Shown: positions 38,221 to 50,404, numbered from the whole stretch's first letter. The stretch: 63,832 bases of DNA, filler included, from Thelocarpon superellum (GCA_026025795.1; 10 parts of 10 records of this genome joined end to end with filler, not necessarily neighbours in it), one strand, 5' to 3'. Made by a program: numbers and translations. Notes: generated by a model from the sequence alone, not told the origin.

Positions 38221-39336
38221 ATGGCCGATCGCTCGTTGACGGCCGCGATCCGGCGCTCGCCGCCCGTGGATACGTCGGTGGCGTACGACGCGGCGTGGAT
38301 CAAGGGCAAAACGATCGTGGTCACGGGCGGGGCCAGCGGCTTTGGTGCCGGCTTCGTCTGGCACTGGGCCCGGCTCGGGGCGAACGTCATCATCGGCGAT
38401 ATCAACCGGGAAAAGGGCGGGCAGCTGGCGCGCGACGTCTACAAGGGGACGGGCAATCGCGGGGTGCGCTTCGTGTACTGCGACGTGGCCGACTGGCAGT
38501 CCCAGGTCGACTTCTTCAAATCCGCCGTGCAGCAGAGCGAGCATGGCGGCATCGATGTCGTCGTCGCCAATGCCGGCATCGTGCACGCGGCCGGCGAGTT
38601 TGAGCGCCCCAAAGACCTGGATGGCTCGGCGCCGCCGCCGCCCGACCTCCGGACGATCCAGGTCAACCTGGTGGGGGTGTTGTATACGGCCCACCTGGCC
38701 TTGTTCTACCTGCGTCGCAATCCCGGCTCCGTCGCCGCCGACCCGGCCTCGGTGGCCAGTGAGACGCCGCGCGACCGGCACCTGTTGCTGATGGGTTCGA
38801 CAGCGGCGCTGACGCCGCTGCCGAATGTCGCGCTGTACGCGGCGTCGAAGCACGGGGTGCTGGGACTCTTCCGCAGCCTGACGGCGACGGCGGTGGCGTA
38901 CGGGGTGCGCGTGAACCTCTTGTGTCCGCACTACATCGACACGCCACTGCAGACGACGATCAGCCGTCTGCTCCTGGTCGGCACGCGCATGGGCACGATT
39001 GACGACGTGGTGGACGCGGCCACACGGCTTGTCGCTACGCCCGGCATCGTCGGTCGCGCGCTCGTCATTGGGCCCAAGCTGCGGCTCGAGGAGATCCGTG
39101 ATGGCGTCCACGACGGCGAGTGGTCGCTGGTCGACCCGGCCAGCACGGAGAAGGCGAGTGGAGAGGAGGAGATGGCCGTGTTCGAGGCCTACGCGCATGA
39201 CTACGAGGAGAGTGATCGGATGGTGCGACGCGCGATGCACCTGTGGATCACGGCAAGCCAGGCGCAAAGTTGGCTGGCCTGGCTCCATTCTCTGCTATCT
39301 GCCTTGACCTCTGCCGTGCCCTGGCGACGGAGGTGA
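38221..39336 (+). CDS. Short-chain dehydrogenase/reductase, intronless
   Basis: TGGASGFG Rossmann motif, ANAGI and catalytic YAASK. Confidence 0.92.
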   Translation: MADRSLTAAIRRSPPVDTSVAYDAAWIKGKTIVVTGGASGFGAGFVWHWARLGANVIIGDINREKGGQLARDVYKGTGNRGVRFVYCDVADWQSQVDFFKSAVQQSEHGGIDVVVANAGIVHAAGEFERPKDLDGSAPPPPDLRTIQVNLVGVLYTAHLALFYLRRNPGSVAADPASVASETPRDRHLLLMGSTAALTPLPNVALYAASKHGVLGLFRSLTATAVAYGVRVNLLCPHYIDTPLQTTISRLLLVGTRMGTIDDVVDAATRLVATPGIVGRALVIGPKLRLEEIRDGVHDGEWSLVDPASTEKASGEEEMAVFEAYAHDYEESDRMVRRAMHLWITASQAQSWLAWLHSLLSALTSAVPWRRR

Positions 39337-39972
39337 GCGAGGGCATCCCGGTCGCGCAGCTGTTCCTGTTCTGTCCCTGTTCCGGGTGAATCCGAAAAGT
39401 ACATCTGCTCTCTTGTGTTTCGCGGCGGCTCATATCTCCTCCCATTGTACGTCTTGCCATCCAGGAGTGGATACAAGGGCGATTCACCGTGGATCAAGCT
39501 ACATGACATGGACCTGGCTGTGGAATACCATGCCAAGGTATCTGTACATATGAACATCTCGAGCCTACCATCGGATGCGTCCAACGATCCTACTCTCCTC
39601 CCTACTCTGCTCCCTACTCTCCTCTCATTCGCAGGGGCCCTCTGTGTCTGTTGAGCCTTCACCTTTGTGATGAGAACGTTGAGCATGAGCGATGAAATTG
39701 TTTCCACCCCGCCAATCCGCTGACACTTCCCGTGCCGTGAATGTTGCCCACTCGCCACAACATTCGTCCCAAGTCTCCGCGTACCGTGCCCATGGAACAT
39801 GTAATCGAGGTGCTCACCCCGTCTCCACGCAAGCTTGACGAGGTCAAGGAGCGCGCCACCAATCTCGTCGCCAGATCACCTTGTGCAGGCCGGTCGCCCA
39901 GGGCATTCGAGAGCCGGGCACGCCCATCCATCGAGCATTGGCTGTCCCGTGTGCCCGATCAAACCACCATCA

Positions 39973-41376
39973 ACATGTGGAAAGGTGACAAGAGTGCCGC
40001 TGCGCCCTGCACCCCACGCCGAAGCCCTTCTGGCGTCCTCGCACCGACGACTTTCCGCTCATGGAGTCTGACGCCACGCAAGCTGGTCGTGCTGGTTGCC
40101 GCCGTCCTCACGCTGGTCACTCTGCATCTGACTTATTCCCTCCTCTCGGCGTTCACGGTGAGTGCCCTTTGACATCCCCGCGGTCCGACGACGCTGAGAA
40201 GTCCGCCAGCCACGTTCGGTTTATCGTCACCCGGTCGAGCCCATGAACGTCACCTTCCTTGATCATGTCGCATTCCAGCCCCCGGAGCCAATCGCCGAGC
40301 GTCTCCCGGACATCAGCGACACCTTTGCAAGCTACAAGTATCGCAACACCTGCAACATCTCCTCGCTCGATCTGCACACCGCCTTCTCGCCGCTGTGCCA
40401 TGACCGCCGTGCCTTACTAGACGCCATGTCCTCGGGCGGTCGGATCGGACATGATGCGCCGTACATGCCGCGAGGGTGCGACATGCGCTGGTTCTCCACC
40501 GAGGAGGTCTGCGAGATCTTGGGCCGCTTTGAAAAGGTCATCATCGTCGGCGACAGCATGATGAGACACGTCATCGGGAGCATCAACGTCCTGGTCCGCA
40601 AGGATCTGGGCTACGGCGCCGTCACGGACTGGAACTTTACCCCGCAGGAAAGGCAGGTCCCGATCCATTCGACGATCCCGTCCATCTTCTCACGCGGGAG
40701 GGACGCACAGGAAGGACTGTTTCTGCAACCTCCAGTTCAACGTCAAGGCCTGCTCGATCCAAGGCATCTTCAAGACGGCAGACGTCGTCAAGAATGATCC
40801 CGACAGTCTCTCCTGCCCTCCGGGGACGATTGACGTGCACAGTATGAGGACACCAACTCCTCTCCCTCTCTTTCATCTGCTGACAGCTTGGCACAGTCGA
40901 GCAAATGATTCGTTTCCCAATCGCACCAGAGGAGATTGAGCGCTACAAGGAGATTCTTGGGAGCACCAAGCCCACAAAGCCGTTCGCTTTCATCTTCGGA
41001 CACGGTCTATGGAATGTGGGTCAAATGCACATCCATCCCCTCACCCACGGACTCATCCGTGCAGCGCATCACTGAAGGCTGAGCACACGCAAGCAGGACC
41101 TCGACCTGCAAGCATCCCTGAACTGGCTCGACGAGATCCTCGACACGACCATCGCGCAGCTGCCCTACCTCTCCGCGCCCCACGCCTTCTGGCCGCGGCT
41201 CTTCCTGACGCCCAACGCGGCCGGACGAGAGAAAGCCGACGAGTACCTCGTCACGCAGGGCAACAAGGCGCTCATGATCTTCGAAGAGTCCGTCAAGGTC
41301 GAGGCGGGCCGTCGCGGAGTCGAGCACCTCGGCACGTGGAATATGAGCGTCCAGAGCAACAAATTTGATGGGGTGT
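39973..41376 (+). CDS. Type II membrane GDS/DxxH protein, PC-esterase/TBL-like (3'-truncated by the gap)
   Basis: Single N-terminal TM segment (LVVLVAAVLTLVTLHLTYSLL); PRGCDMRWF...IIVGDSMMRH; FGHGLWN; ends KFDGV at the gap. Confidence 0.7.
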
Positions 41377-41476
41377 NNNNNNNNNNNNNNNNNNNNNNNN
41401 NNNNNNNNNNNNNNNNNNNNTTAATTAATTAANNNNNNNNNNNNNNNNNNNNNNNNNNNNNNNNNNNNNNNNNNNN
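41377..41476. other. Artificial contig-joining spacer
   Basis: 44 N + TTAATTAATTAA + 44 N. Confidence 0.98.
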
Positions 41477-41656
41477 GTCAACGTCGGCATGGGTGTCGGT
41501 GGCGGTATGGGTATGGGTGTGGGTGTGGGAATGGGCTCCGATGGTGGTATGGTCGGGGCGGGAGCGGGAGGAGCGGGAGGAGCGGGAGGGAGCGGCATGG
41601 GCGGTGGCCGTGGCCGTGGCGGTCATGCTTCTACGGCTGGCGCGGGCTTGTTTTGA
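41477..41656 (+). CDS. Gly/Met-rich C-terminal fragment of an unidentified gene (5' part lost at the contig end)
   Basis: Open frame VNVGMGVGGGMGMGVGVGMG...GGGRGRGGHASTAGAGLF*. Confidence 0.4.
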   Translation, partial: VNVGMGVGGGMGMGVGVGMGSDGGMVGAGAGGAGGAGGSGMGGGRGRGGHASTAGAGLF

Positions 41657-41888
41657 TGCGAGGAGTTTGGGGAAGGAGGGAGGCAGGTTTCTTGATTGAG
41701 CTGTTTCTTGGTCTACTTCTCCCCTATGAAGATCATGGCTATGGCTATGGCCACGGCCACGGCCACGGCCATGAGTGACGACATTGAAAGTGCATTTGTT
41801 CCAATCTGACACTACACATTCCACAATGCGCTATGCTACTCTTCATGCCCTCTGTCCTCTACCCTCTCGCGAGGTATGCATTGGCCGC

Positions 41889-43364
41889 TCACATGCCTCC
41901 AAGAGACCCATAACTCCTCGTTCCATTTCCATCTCCACTCCCATCGCGGGCGTCGTCGTGATGGTTCAAGCGCTGATACTCCCCTTCCAGCACCACGGCA
42001 CCGGATCTACTTGGTCTTCGTCTGACCCCAAAGTTCCGGCGCCACCACATGCCCGTCCATCCGCCGATCCATCCTGATCCTTTGCCTTCGTCGTCTGATG
42101 GTACGACCTCGTCCACGAGCTCGTCGTCAAGATCGCCGTCGCTGTCTTCGTCGGGTCCCAAGGGCTCGCGCTCGCCAAACATCAGGAATTGCATCCCCAC
42201 TGTGGCGTCGAGACCCAAGACACCCGCGGCGCCGAGCCAGAAGGGCGTGGCGCGCGCAATCCACCCGGCGCGCTGGCTTCCCTCTGGACCGGCCCAGCCG
42301 TGGCCGCCGTAGGCCGGGAGGTCGTTCCACGCGCAGGGGTCCGTCAGGATCGAGCTCGAGTAGAACAAGTTTCCGAAGAAGGCTGCGATGAAGAGCTTCG
42401 CGCTCAGTCCCGACGTGCTTCGCCGCATGTGGTTCTTGTAGATTTGTGGCAGTCGGGAGGCGAGGTAGAGCAGGGTCGAGGTCCATGCAAGCATGCTGCC
42501 AACCACCTCGAGTTGTGATCGCGGCGGGGCCAGTGGAGTCGGGACCACCAGTGTGGCGAGTGGTCGGGCAGACGCCAGGCTCTGCAGTAATGACACCGCG
42601 AGTAGCGTGCTGCGAGAGGATTTCCGCGACGGTGCCGCATGGTCGAGAGGGGGGAGCTCATCGGTTGACGACGCAAGTGACGCCTTGCTCTCGAACCCGT
42701 CCCGAAAGGAGGGAAACGAGGAGAGACAGGGAAAGGTAGGGATGCGGCGGAAGGAGAAGGTCTTTCGGTTATGCGACTTTCGGGATTTTCCATGGCGCCT
42801 CGCGGGTTTGGTGTCGATCTCATATTGACTCGACTCCGCGTCTGATGCGTCCATTGGGTCATCGGGTGCCGGGATGCCTTCAATCACGTCGGACCCGCTC
42901 ATCACACGGGCTGAGCCGTCTTCGTCTCCCTCTTCCCGCCAGACGGAGGTGGAATGTCGAAGCTGGCGCCGCCTGGGTTTCAGGTAGGTATACCACGCAT
43001 ACTGTGACACGAGAATCACATCGACAAAGACATAGTAACCGGCCACGATCACCTGCCAACGTGCCTGCCGCGTGAAGATGGCCCCCAAGAAATTCGTCGT
43101 ATCACCGAGACACCACTCCACCAGAAAGTAGATGCTCAGTCCGCTTGTTGACTGGAGCGAGTAGTTCTTGACGATTTGAGGTAGTTGGGCAAAGAGCCAT
43201 GCCGCGATGCTGAGGCAGCCCAAGGCCGTCGAGAGGAGCGCCAACGGGGTCGGCACGCATGTCTGGAAGGTGGAGGAGAGGAAGGCGAGGAATGGGGTCG
43301 TCGGTTCGCAGTAAGCGGGTAAGGACCGATCGAAAAAAGCGTCCGCCGAGAGCCATGATGACAT
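41889..43364 (-). CDS. PQ-loop vacuolar transporter (Ypq1/PQLC2-like)
   Basis: Two PQ loops, WLFAQLPQIVKNY...GLS and YLASRLPQIYKNH...STSGLS, with flanking TM helices. Confidence 0.9.
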   Translation of the reverse strand: MSSWLSADAFFDRSLPAYCEPTTPFLAFLSSTFQTCVPTPLALLSTALGCLSIAAWLFAQLPQIVKNYSLQSTSGLSIYFLVEWCLGDTTNFLGAIFTRQARWQVIVAGYYVFVDVILVSQYAWYTYLKPRRRQLRHSTSVWREEGDEDGSARVMSGSDVIEGIPAPDDPMDASDAESSQYEIDTKPARRHGKSRKSHNRKTFSFRRIPTFPCLSSFPSFRDGFESKASLASSTDELPPLDHAAPSRKSSRSTLLAVSLLQSLASARPLATLVVPTPLAPPRSQLEVVGSMLAWTSTLLYLASRLPQIYKNHMRRSTSGLSAKLFIAAFFGNLFYSSSILTDPCAWNDLPAYGGHGWAGPEGSQRAGWIARATPFWLGAAGVLGLDATVGMQFLMFGEREPLGPDEDSDGDLDDELVDEVVPSDDEGKGSGWIGGWTGMWWRRNFGVRRRPSRSGAVVLEGEYQRLNHHDDARDGSGDGNGTRSYGSLGGM

Positions 43365-44389
43365 GACGTTATCGAGGAGCGGACGAGCGCCGGGGGACTT
43401 CTGATGCTCGAAGCAGGAGCTCCACGGAGATGTGCGATCGGACGCAGTAGGATCTAGGATCTAGGATCTTCGACTTGAACGCCGCGATGAGTGCCGCTGA
43501 AAATGGTCATGCCTTGCGAGGTACGTCGATGCATCGATTCAGAGACGAACGCTACCCGGAGCCTTGAAATGGAATGCCGCGTGACGGAACGGGGGTCGGT
43601 GGACCTCGACCACAGTACGTGCATCGAAGCGTGCCGGCCGGGTACGATGGGACCGAGGTCGCACAAACTCTCAAGCGGAACAGGCGTGGAGGCACACGAC
43701 GGCGTTGCCGCAAGACGGGGCTCGGATGCAGCAGAGATGGGTTCGTCGGCGGGGAGTCTGGGACGATGCAGTCACGGCGGACCATGCAAACGCGCACAAT
43801 CAAGGTGCCCTCGTCATCGTGGATCGCAGGCAGATCCGTGGCGCGTGCCTCAAGACATGTCACCGTCGTCGCCACACCAAGACCCGCGAGAGGCGAAGGA
43901 GCGGACGGACAGGACGGATGGGGAGCGACAAGCCTTCGGGCTTTTCGGGACGGGGCTGATGACGGGCCTTGCATCGGGTGATACGCCGGGAGAGGCGCAG
44001 ACGACCCCCGGCGCCTGCCTGACGGGGGCCAACTGATCGACTGACCCTATCCTGGGGGTGATCCCTCGTTAGAAGCAATGGGTTAGCGCCGCCTGCTGGT
44101 ACTCGAGATAAGACCCGTGAACAGATAAGGCGTGGGATGGCTTGCCCCACGTGACCGTGTCGGTCAACACGGATTAGGTCAGATTATGTCAGATTATGTG
44201 GAGTCGGTGGAGATGCTCGACGCCCGAATTTCTTGTCAGACGCCAACAGACCAGAAGCGGATGGAGTCACAAGCTGTCTTCAACGCAGCTTCTCGTCCTA
44301 TGATATATCTTGTACGCCGAATTTATAATGTAAGGCAGATTATGTGATGCAATCGGGTAGTTGTCCCCATATGCTGGATTTTGACTTCA

Positions 44390-45316
44390 CTACACATGGG
44401 CATCGACATCCTCGCCTGGTGCGGGTCGGTATTCAACCTGGTCTCGCGTGTATGGTGGTCTGTCCACGGCGCGTCGTCAGCACCAAACCCGAAACCTGAC
44501 GAGCAGTGGTCTGAGGCAAGGAGACCCACTCTTACCTCGCCCAGTTCTTCAATCCAACAATCGCGGCCGCTCCGACGGCATACGCCCCGAGCAGCGTCCT
44601 CCACTGGCCACTCTGTCCCACGGCGAACGCGGCCAGGTCATACACCAAGCAACCACCAAAGATCCAGTCGCTCGCGGCGGCACCCAGCCCAAACCCAACC
44701 CCAGTGAGAACCTTGATCGCCAGCGTTGCGGGTTGGTCCTTGAAGAAGGCAACCGAAGTGTTGTGTAGGATGTCCAGCACGCCAATGCCGGCAAAGGTCT
44801 TGCTCACGACATGTGTGAGGACACTCGAGGTGGAACGAGTGTTCATCGGTCCGAGTTGAGTGGTCATGTAGTAGAGCTGGGTGCCCGTGTTGATGACCAC
44901 CATCATATCGGAGATGTCAAGACGCTCGGCATTCCAGAAGACCATCCACGCTGTACACGGTCGATCAGTCCCGCGTCCACGTTGCCGATCTTCCGTCAGA
45001 GAGCCTTACCAGCGATACATAGGTTACCCACAGCGTAGTAGGGAACAAACCTGACCACCTCGTCCAGCTCCTTCTTCTCTTCTATGCTCTTCTTCGGATT
45101 CAGCTTCCAGAGGCGATAGAGCCACGCGAGCTGAAAGAGCTGCTGCGGGAAGAAGAAGGCCGCGATGAAGTAGGGGTGAGGACTGAAAAAGGATTGGTTG
45201 CGGTCATTGACGTCCTTCATGCTGGGCGTTGAAAAGATGCCATATTGCTGGGCGGCGAAGTTGATCACAAACGACGTTGGCCCTAGCCAGCGGGCGGTGG
45301 AGTAGTTGACCCCCAT
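44390..45316 (-). CDS. Conserved fungal multi-pass membrane protein (possibly DUF1774-like), 3 exons
   Basis: FFSPHPYFIAAFFFPQQLFQLAWL, YYAVGNLCIA-WMVFWN and HVVSKTFAGIGVLD; GT-AG introns. Confidence 0.75.
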
Positions 45317-45899
45317 GAGCGAAACACCGAGTGAGACTCGAGGGTGTAATTTCGACGTTTTGTAGAGATACGGGCTGAGATCTTGGTCATTTCAGCTCGC
45401 AGGTGGCCCACGTGCATTATAAGTCTTCGATGCCCGGACGACCTCGCCAAAGATCATGATGTCATGTATCATGGACACAGCCCGGCCGAAACCACCGACC
45501 GACACTGGTCTGCACACATCCCCGCAGCACCAGGACTAACAATCTTCCATGCCATCACAAGTGCGTAGCTCATGCAGAGCTTCCCACTTGCTGAGTGGAT
45601 AGTCTGGACTTTCCGCGATTATCTCGGCATAGATAATCAGAGGATGGGGTGTGTCTGCATCACAGGTGTCGACTATTTGGCGGTCAAGTAGGGATTGGAG
45701 CTTGTTGGAATATTACGAGGCAAAGCTAGCGGACTATCGGATCATCTGTGTCTGCAACAGGACGTGTCTATCATCGACTGGCTCTGACGAGTCACTCTCT
45801 AAGAGCTTGGGGAAGTCTTATCTCCCCGCTGAAGATCTCTGCCGATCCGCCTTCTGATGGAGTAAATTCATGGACAATGGTCGACTACAGTTGGCAATT

Positions 45900-46801
45900 G
45901 TCAGGGGTTGTATTATCATGGGCACGAGGCAAAGCACAACCTCGTCCCTACAGCGCCTCTGAAGCTCGTCGCTCACGTTTCACGTTCAATTCATGCTGGC
46001 TCCGACCGCATCGTTTTTGGAGATCCTCGCATGGAGAATTGGGGTGAGGACCTGCAGGGTCGAAGGTCAATAGTATCTTGCCGGGAACGGCGGCACATCC
46101 ATTTCCGCCGCCAGTTCGACGTAGAGACATTCGTTGGGCGACTGCGCAAGCGAAAAAGTGTCTCCCGAGAGCGCCCACTCGTGTTGTGGGAGGTGTCGAT
46201 GAAAGGAAGCTGGTAGTCTGGTTGATAGCAGGCGAGAAGCTTCAAGCTGTCCGGAGGAGCGAGCAGCGGCGGGTTATCCGATGTTTGAGAGAAGCCCGTG
46301 AAGAAGATTCCGCTCGCATTGACGTGGGTGTCCGTGATCAAGTCAACGAGCTCTTCGCTTTGAATCAAGGAGCCAAAAGACGCTACCGCAATGGTCGAAT
46401 GAGCATTGGGGTCGGAAAGGGCCTGTTTGACTCGCTCCGCATCAGTATCCACGGCGAAGTTGATGGCCACGCTCGTTCCGGCCAGGCTTCTGGGGAGACA
46501 ACCATACCAGCGATAGATTTCCATTAATCAAATTGAAGGCAGTCTTGTTGGTAATGTAAGAATAGTCCCGCGGCGTCGAGCAGTTGTAGTGAGGGTGGTC
46601 CGCGAGGACAACCCTCTCATCAATTGACCGAGCATATCGGTCGTACGGACTCGAAAACGTGACCTTCTGCTGCCGTTGAGCGGGTTCGACATCCACCACC
46701 TTCAGCGTGAAGGGGTTTAGCGAGGGCCGCGCAATGACCGACGCGATGAGAGGGAGCAATGAAGCGATCGTGGAAGACCTCACGTTGGATGAGCGTTGCA
46801 A
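45900..46801 (-). pseudogene. Possible frameshifted remnant of a secreted-protein gene
   Basis: Signal-peptide-like IASLLPLIASVIARP in ORF 46442-46801 overlaps a second protein-like frame (45991-46524) with no obvious intron. Confidence 0.3.
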
Positions 46802-48019
46802 AGACTCGATGTCGAAATGGAGGAAAGGCGAAAGGTGCGGGTGACGGGATCCGGGTCATACTCAACGTCCACCTGGGCCCTTTATCTCCCAAGCGTGAGT
46901 GCGCAGGCCCTGACTAGAATGCGGGCGGCTTGGTGCCGGCAGGTGTGCATGTTAACTGGCTGCTGAGGCCTTCGACAACATGGGCAGGATGATCAGAGAG
47001 CGCAGAGATAATATTCCTTGAGGTATCTCGGATAGGAAGATGAATGTCTGACGCTCAGTATCAAACCCACGTCTGGCCGGGACCTCCTTATCCTGTGACA
47101 GCGTCTTCCCATGATTTGCACGGCTTGACGAACAATCACCACATGACTGCCTCTACTCATGCACCAAGTAGCGATAAGAGATACGATGGATGTGCCCAGG
47201 CAAGGAATGCGATAGAGGCTTGGAATAAGAGTCGATGCACTTGTGCCCCATAGGTTTGGGATGAGCATTGGATAGAGATTCGCCTATGATGGGGGTGACG
47301 GGCCAAGTGGTGTGCCTCTTCCAGCTGGCGGCGTCCCAGATTAGAGGTGAAATGTAGGCGGTGGACGAAATCTCGTCAGATATGCCCTGGTTGAGTCCCG
47401 CGATAGGAAAGGATGAAGGTCAGAGCAGATACGTTAACCCACCTGCTACTGGACATTCATAGGGTCTGATGACGAGAATGCCTTCGATTTTGACGCATGG
47501 TACGAAAGTACTGGCCAGCACACGGTCCTGACGTCATGTGACATACTTGACTCGGCTGACGTGAATGTGGGCAAACAGTTCGAGGTTGCGTGCCATCGTG
47601 TCAGGCGAGGTGGTTGGACCCCCATTGAACTGCCGTTCAAGATGAGAGCACCAATGACTGAGGAGATTACCGAGACGAAGACGAAAATCGACGATCTTCC
47701 AGAGCTTCGTTTACTCCGTCCCGCCAAGTACACTATGCCTCTAGTTCGTCTTGGATGAGACCGGGCGGACGAGGTACTCCAGTCTTCGGCAACTGCTTTT
47801 GGTCGCGTGGTCGTATAATGAGGTCGTGACGATCATCTGGTTGGCGACTGCTGACATGAAACAGGAACAATCTCGAGCGCGGCCTAAATACTCGACATGT
47901 ACGAAAAGTGCTACGTTGCCATTACTTGCCCAGCGGGATGCGCACAGTGTCTCTGGGCTGGTGCTTGCTTCGCGCTGAAGGCCGCTGAACACCTTCGGAT
48001 GCGTGGTTGATTGATGGTT

Positions 48020-48082
48020 GCTGGTCGCTGGTCGCTGGTCGTTGGTCGCTGGTCGCTGGTCGTTGGTCGCTGGTCGCTGGTC
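48020..48082. repeat. TGGTCG(C/T) 7-mer tandem repeat
   Basis: About nine copies read directly from the sequence. Confidence 0.9.
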
Positions 48083-48220
48083 AGCTCGTTCTAATATCCC
48101 GAATGGCTCAAGAACGGAGGCACGTCGGCCACTCGGGTCATGTTATGCCCTAGAAGGACGAGCGCGGCCAAGACGTCGCTTAGTGAGGCAGTGCGTCGGC
48201 GGCGTGGTTGGCTGAGCGCC

Positions 48221-48320
48221 NNNNNNNNNNNNNNNNNNNNNNNNNNNNNNNNNNNNNNNNNNNNTTAATTAATTAANNNNNNNNNNNNNNNNNNNNNNNN
48301 NNNNNNNNNNNNNNNNNNNN
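48221..48320. other. Artificial contig-joining spacer
   Basis: 44 N + TTAATTAATTAA + 44 N. Confidence 0.98.
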
Positions 48321-48339
48321 CACCACCAAGTGTGCAGCC

Positions 48340-50404
48340 ATGGTGCAGAATGCGTACGTGGGCCAGCGACTTTCATTTGAGTCTGCGCTATGCACCGTGC
48401 GATACATCGGTCCCATCCAAGGCCCCAAGGGCGACTGGCTGGGGGTGGAGTGGGACGACCCGGTCAGAGGCAAACACAACGGTCAACACGGGGACGTGAA
48501 ATACTTCGAGTGTAGGTCAAGAGATGGGGCACCCGAGATCAGACCTTGGCCGAGCTGACCCTTCATGTCCTCAGCTAGGTAAAAGCAAGAATCCCACCGT
48601 GGCCTCCTTTGTGCGTACGAACCGGACCGCCGACGACCCGCGGAGTTTCCTGCAGGCGCTGCAGCAGAAATATGCATCGGAGCCGGCGTCGCGGTCGCGA
48701 TCGTTCGAACGGCCGATCGAATGGGGGGGCAAAGTGGTGGAAGAAGTAGGGTTTGACAAGATCCGTCGGCAGCTGGCCACCTTTTCGGAACTTCGCATCG
48801 TCCTCCTGGATGGATTGTGCCTTGCGACGTCCACATCGCCGTCGCGCCAAGCAGACCAGCACGAGGGAGACGCCCTTTTTCGCCAGATTCGGGAAATCTG
48901 TCCCAAGATCCGTGAGCTGGACCTGAGCCGGAACCTGTTGGAGCGGTGGGAAGACGTGGTGGAGATCTGTCAGCAGCTGGACGAGCTCAAGACCCTGAAG
49001 ATCAGGTAGGCGGATGTGAAGTCGACGTAGGTGATATGTGTCCGCTGACACGCAATAGTGGGAATCGCTTTCGGGAAGCCGGATGGGAGCGTCGGCAAGA
49101 TTATGAAAAGGCTTTCTCGACCGTCTCTCACCTCGAGCTCGAGGCGATGTTGTTATCGTGGGATGAGGTAGGTCCTGGAAATACGTTGAGCCTGGCTTGT
49201 CTGACCGGCCACGTCTCTAGATTACTCTCATGACGGCCTCCTTCCCGTCTTTGACGACTCTGTCCGCATCCTCCAACGAACTCTCCCATCTCTCCCGGAC
49301 GCTCCCACCCCAAAGTCTTACCCACCTGACCCTTGAAAATAATGACTTCATGTCGATCCGATCCCTTGAGTGTCTCTCATCACTGTCCCACCTTCAAATA
49401 CTCAACTTGCGGAGCAACCGCATCCAGACGGTGGAAGTTGCCGGGATCGTGAACACGATCAATCCCGTCCGATTCTCCGAATCCGTCACGTACGTGGACC
49501 TCTCGCATAACGCCATTGAGAGCTGGGATTTCATCGACAGGCTGCAAGATGTGTTTCCCGGCATGGTTGGTTTACGAGCAGCACACAATCCGCTGTATGA
49601 TGAGACACGAGGGACGGGTCGGATGGGCGTGGAAGAGGGATATATGCTCACGCTGGCTCGACTCGGGCGACTGAAGAATCTCAATTTCAGCAGCGTAAGG
49701 ACCGCGTCACGCCACGCAACACCGCTAAGAAGCTAACGCCGGGCATAGATCACGCCGCAAGAACGCCAAAATGCAGAAATGTACTATCTATCGCGCATCG
49801 CCAAGGAAGCCGTGGAGGAAGTGGAGCCAGAGGAAGCCAGCGTCTTCGCTCGACATCAACGCTATGCCGAGCTATGCGAAGGTCAGCTGCTTTTGGACTT
49901 GTACTTCCCCCTGCAGCTCCGCCTGATCATCATGTAGCATACGGCACGCCCGTGATAACGCGGAGCACGACGACCCTTAATCCGAATACGCTCGAGGCAC
50001 GGCTGATCGACTTCACCTTCCACCGTGGCACCGCCACGGACGCTACTTCAGCGTCGGAATCGGCATCGACGTTGGCATCGGTAACGCGAAAGCGCATCCC
50101 CCGCACCATCAACACGTACCGGCTCAAAGGGATAGTTGGGCGATTGTTCCAAGTCAAGCCACTAAGTACACGTCTAATCTGGGAGACGCAAGAGTGGGAT
50201 CCCGTTGGTGGGTACGACGAGGATGAAGACCTCGAAAGTGATGGGCAAAGTGCACGTGAAGGGAACGGGGAAGGAGAAGACGGAGAAGAGGAGAAGGGGA
50301 AGGGGAAATGGACGCAGCGGGAGGTGGAGCTTGACGATGGAACGCGAGAAATTGGGTTCTGGATTGAGGGAAGAAACGCCCGAGTTAGAGTGGAGATTAA
50401 GTAG
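48340..50404 (+). CDS. PAC2: Tubulin-specific chaperone E (CAP-Gly, LRR, ubiquitin-like C-terminus), multi-exon
   Basis: CTVRYIG...WLGVEWDDPVRGKHNG (CAP-Gly); VEEVGFDKIRRQL; LDLSRNL LRRs; NAEMYYLSRI. Confidence 0.92.

Noticed and set aside
38005..39288. 427-aa antisense ORF over the SDR gene, and many similar shadow ORFs
   Set aside because: Expected from GC-rich codon bias; no recognisable motifs.
43491..44150. ORFs upstream of the PQ-loop gene
   Set aside because: Arg/Gly/Ser-rich overlapping frames without motifs; probably promoter or UTR sequence.
47440..47760. Short protein-like frame on the plus strand (DENAFDFDAWYESTG...)
   Set aside because: No start or splice model and no recognisable family; too weak to call without a homology search.
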